Source: Bdellovibrionota bacterium
GTDB lineage: Bacteria; Bdellovibrionota_C; UBA2361; OMII01
Assembly (NCBI GenBank): GCA_044356215.1
Contig: JBIKWQ010000070.1
Span: 1 to 17,896 of the forward strand
Direction of reading: 5' to 3'
Length of the DNA stretch: 17,896 nt
Positions within the stretch are counted from its first letter, which is position 1. Every line of letters starts with the position of its first letter. Under the pieces are notes generated by a model, which worked only from the letters and a program-made list of their open reading frames with translations, did not search any database and had not been told where the DNA came from. Below, in pieces: positions 15,851 to 17,896 of the stretch. Both the position numbers and the translations under genes were made by a program.

Positions 15851-17767
15851 TCATTTGATAATATCACTATCTCCCTCACCCCCAGCCAATCCGCGGGCCG
15901 ATCTAAATCGCTTTAAATAGATCGATAACAACGACACCGTACTAGGCGTCATCCCTGGGATCCGGGTTACCTGCCCCAAAGAAGCCGGGCGGTGTTTACG
16001 GAGCTTCTCGCGCGCTTCGGTTCTTAATTGCTTTATCTCCTCGTATGGAAAATCAGCGGGGATCGGTTCGTCCTCAATCTTCTTAAGCCTCCGCACCTCA
16101 TCTTCTTGGCGATCTAAGTAACCACTGAATTTGGTCTCGATCTCAAGAGCAGCGCGTAACTCCTCTGATAGCTCCTGCTCCTCATACGGGCAGTGCTCTA
16201 AGATATCGCTTAAATTTAACTGTGGGCGCTTTAGTAACTGAGATAGCGAGACGCTATCTTTAAGAGCCGCTGTACCTTTACTCTCAAGCCACTGATTAGT
16301 TAACGCGTTAGGCTTTACCCTGGTTTTCGCAAGCCACGTTAACGCGCCATCATAGGCCGCTTGGCGCTGCTCAAATCTCTCTATCTGCGCATCACTTAGT
16401 AGCCCTAGCTCTTTCGCTAGAGGACAGAGGCGATTTGTCGCGTTATCCTCGCGCAATATAAGTCTGTACTCAGCCCTTGAGGTGAACATCCGATAAGGCT
16501 CATCAACTCCTGTCGATGTTAGATCATCTGTCATCACTCCGATATATCCCTGACCTCGGGTGATTACTAAAGGCTCGCGATCTAAAACCCTGTGCGCGGC
16601 GTTTACTCCCGCGATCAAGCCCTGCGCCGCGGCCTCCTCGTAGCCACTTGTTCCATTTATCTGCCCAGCGAGAAAGAGTCCGTCGATGTCCTTTGTCTCG
16701 TAGGTAGGCGCTAGATGCCTAGGATCAACGAAATCGTACTCAACCGCGTATCCAGGGGCTAAAAACTCGACTCGCTCTAGGCCAGCGATTGATCTGACAA
16801 AGAGCTCCTGCGCGTCGATCGGCAGAGATGTCGAGATCCCATTTGGATAAACGATATCTGACTCAAAACCCTCGGGCTCAAGAAACACAGTGTGTGAAGC
16901 CTTGTCCGCGAATCGAAAAACTTTATCCTCAATTGATGGACAGTAGCGCGGGCCGCCGGATTTTATCTGCCCGTTAAACATAGGGCTTCTTTCGCGATTC
17001 GTGCGAATGATGTCGTGCGCTCGCTCATTTGTAGCTGTCATCCAGCACGATATCTGCGGCCGATCAATCTTCTCGGTCATAAAGGAAAAGGGTTGCACCG
17101 GATTATCACCGGGCTGCTCTACTAGCTTAGAGAAATCGATCGTCGATCTTCTAAGCCTAGGGGGAGTTCCTGTTTTTAACCTACCAAGTGGAAACCCAAG
17201 TGATCGCAGAGAATCGCTTAGTGAATTAGAGGCCCGGTCGCCTAGACGCCCACCCTCTGTTTGGCGCTCTCCTGAATGCATCAACCCTTTTAGAAATGTT
17301 CCAGTTGTCATAACAACTGAGGTAGCTGGTATAAAACTTCCATCAGCTAGAACAACACCGATGACCTCTCTTCCACGGGTCTCGATCGACGCAACCTCTC
17401 CCTCTACTACTTTTAGATTCTTAACCTGCGCTAAATAACTCTGGACCCAGTTCTTATACAGATCGCGATCAGCTTGAGCGCGAGAGGCTCGCGCCGCAGC
17501 ACCACGGCTTGTGTTTAAGATCCTAAATTGAATTCCTGTGGCATCGATCGCTTGGCCCATTAAACCACCTAGCGCGTCTAGCTCCTTAACTAGGTGCCCC
17601 TTCCCCACTCCACCTATTGCTGGATTGCAGGACATCTGTCCGATTCCATCCCGACGCAACGAGACTAGAACCGTTGAAACCCCCAAACGGGCTGACGCAT
17701 AGGCAGCCTCGATACCGGCATGACCACCACCCACAACCACCGTTTGTTTTATTTGAGCAGGGCTCAT
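15851..17767 (-). CDS. mnmG: tRNA uridine-5-carboxymethylaminomethyl(34) synthesis enzyme MnmG (GidA)
   Basis: VVGGGHAGIEAA, MSCNPAIGG, RLKTGTPPR, GPRYCPSIEDK, AGQINGTSGYEEAAAQG, EPYRMFTSRAEYRL. Confidence 0.98.
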   Translation of the reverse strand: MSPAQIKQTVVVGGGHAGIEAAYASARLGVSTVLVSLRRDGIGQMSCNPAIGGVGKGHLVKELDALGGLMGQAIDATGIQFRILNTSRGAAARASRAQADRDLYKNWVQSYLAQVKNLKVVEGEVASIETRGREVIGVVLADGSFIPATSVVMTTGTFLKGLMHSGERQTEGGRLGDRASNSLSDSLRSLGFPLGRLKTGTPPRLRRSTIDFSKLVEQPGDNPVQPFSFMTEKIDRPQISCWMTATNERAHDIIRTNRERSPMFNGQIKSGGPRYCPSIEDKVFRFADKASHTVFLEPEGFESDIVYPNGISTSLPIDAQELFVRSIAGLERVEFLAPGYAVEYDFVDPRHLAPTYETKDIDGLFLAGQINGTSGYEEAAAQGLIAGVNAAHRVLDREPLVITRGQGYIGVMTDDLTSTGVDEPYRMFTSRAEYRLILREDNATNRLCPLAKELGLLSDAQIERFEQRQAAYDGALTWLAKTRVKPNALTNQWLESKGTAALKDSVSLSQLLKRPQLNLSDILEHCPYEEQELSEELRAALEIETKFSGYLDRQEDEVRRLKKIEDEPIPADFPYEEIKQLRTEAREKLRKHRPASLGQVTRIPGMTPSTVSLLSIYLKRFRSARGLAGGEGDSDIIK

Positions 17768-17864
17768 AGCTCTCTTCTTCCTAAGTGTAAAAGGTAGATG
17801 ATACCGGTACTGAAGCTGCTTCTCAAGGGATGCATAGATATCTTAGGGCATCGCAGTTCTTTAT

Positions 17865-17892
17865 CACCACAGAGGACGCAGAGGACACAGAG
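17865..17892. repeat. CACAGAG-family tandem repeat
   Basis: CACCACAGAGGACGCAGAGGACACAGAG, same family as 50-207; runs to the window edge. Confidence 0.75.
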
Positions 17893-17896
17893 AACG

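Noticed and set aside
17001..17438. Short ORFs inside long genes (17001..17438, 2659..2982, 7601..7934, 8187..8411, 11236..11445 and similar)
   Set aside because: They overlap well-supported genes in antisense or alternative frames and show no independent motifs.

Overview
Bacterial chromosomal window in which intact housekeeping genes alternate with decayed accessory DNA. Intact genes: short-form proS overlapping a GT-C-like membrane glycosyltransferase, an MDR/quinone-reductase-like oxidoreductase, a DUF4397-like lipoprotein, earP-efp (Arg-type EF-P rhamnosylation), a chalcone-isomerase-like protein, a PhoA-family alkaline phosphatase, a membrane LytTR regulator divergent from an outer-membrane beta-barrel gene, an HTH antitoxin, a PemK/MazF toxin-antitoxin pair and mnmG. 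The ORF track misses or mislabels several things. (1) An IS91-like transposase relic (10281-10715, minus) is broken by three small palindromic insertions of 36, 30 and 27 nt with no target duplication; removing them restores the frame. (2) Two inverted copies of a ~185-bp fold-back MITE each truncate a membrane-protein gene, and one copy carries a nested 68-nt REP doublet. (3) Four direct repeats at exactly 20-bp spacing lie between the LytTR and beta-barrel genes. (4) A DUF4258-like toxin pseudogene has two nonsense codons. All family assignments come from motif recognition by eye; no database searches were run.
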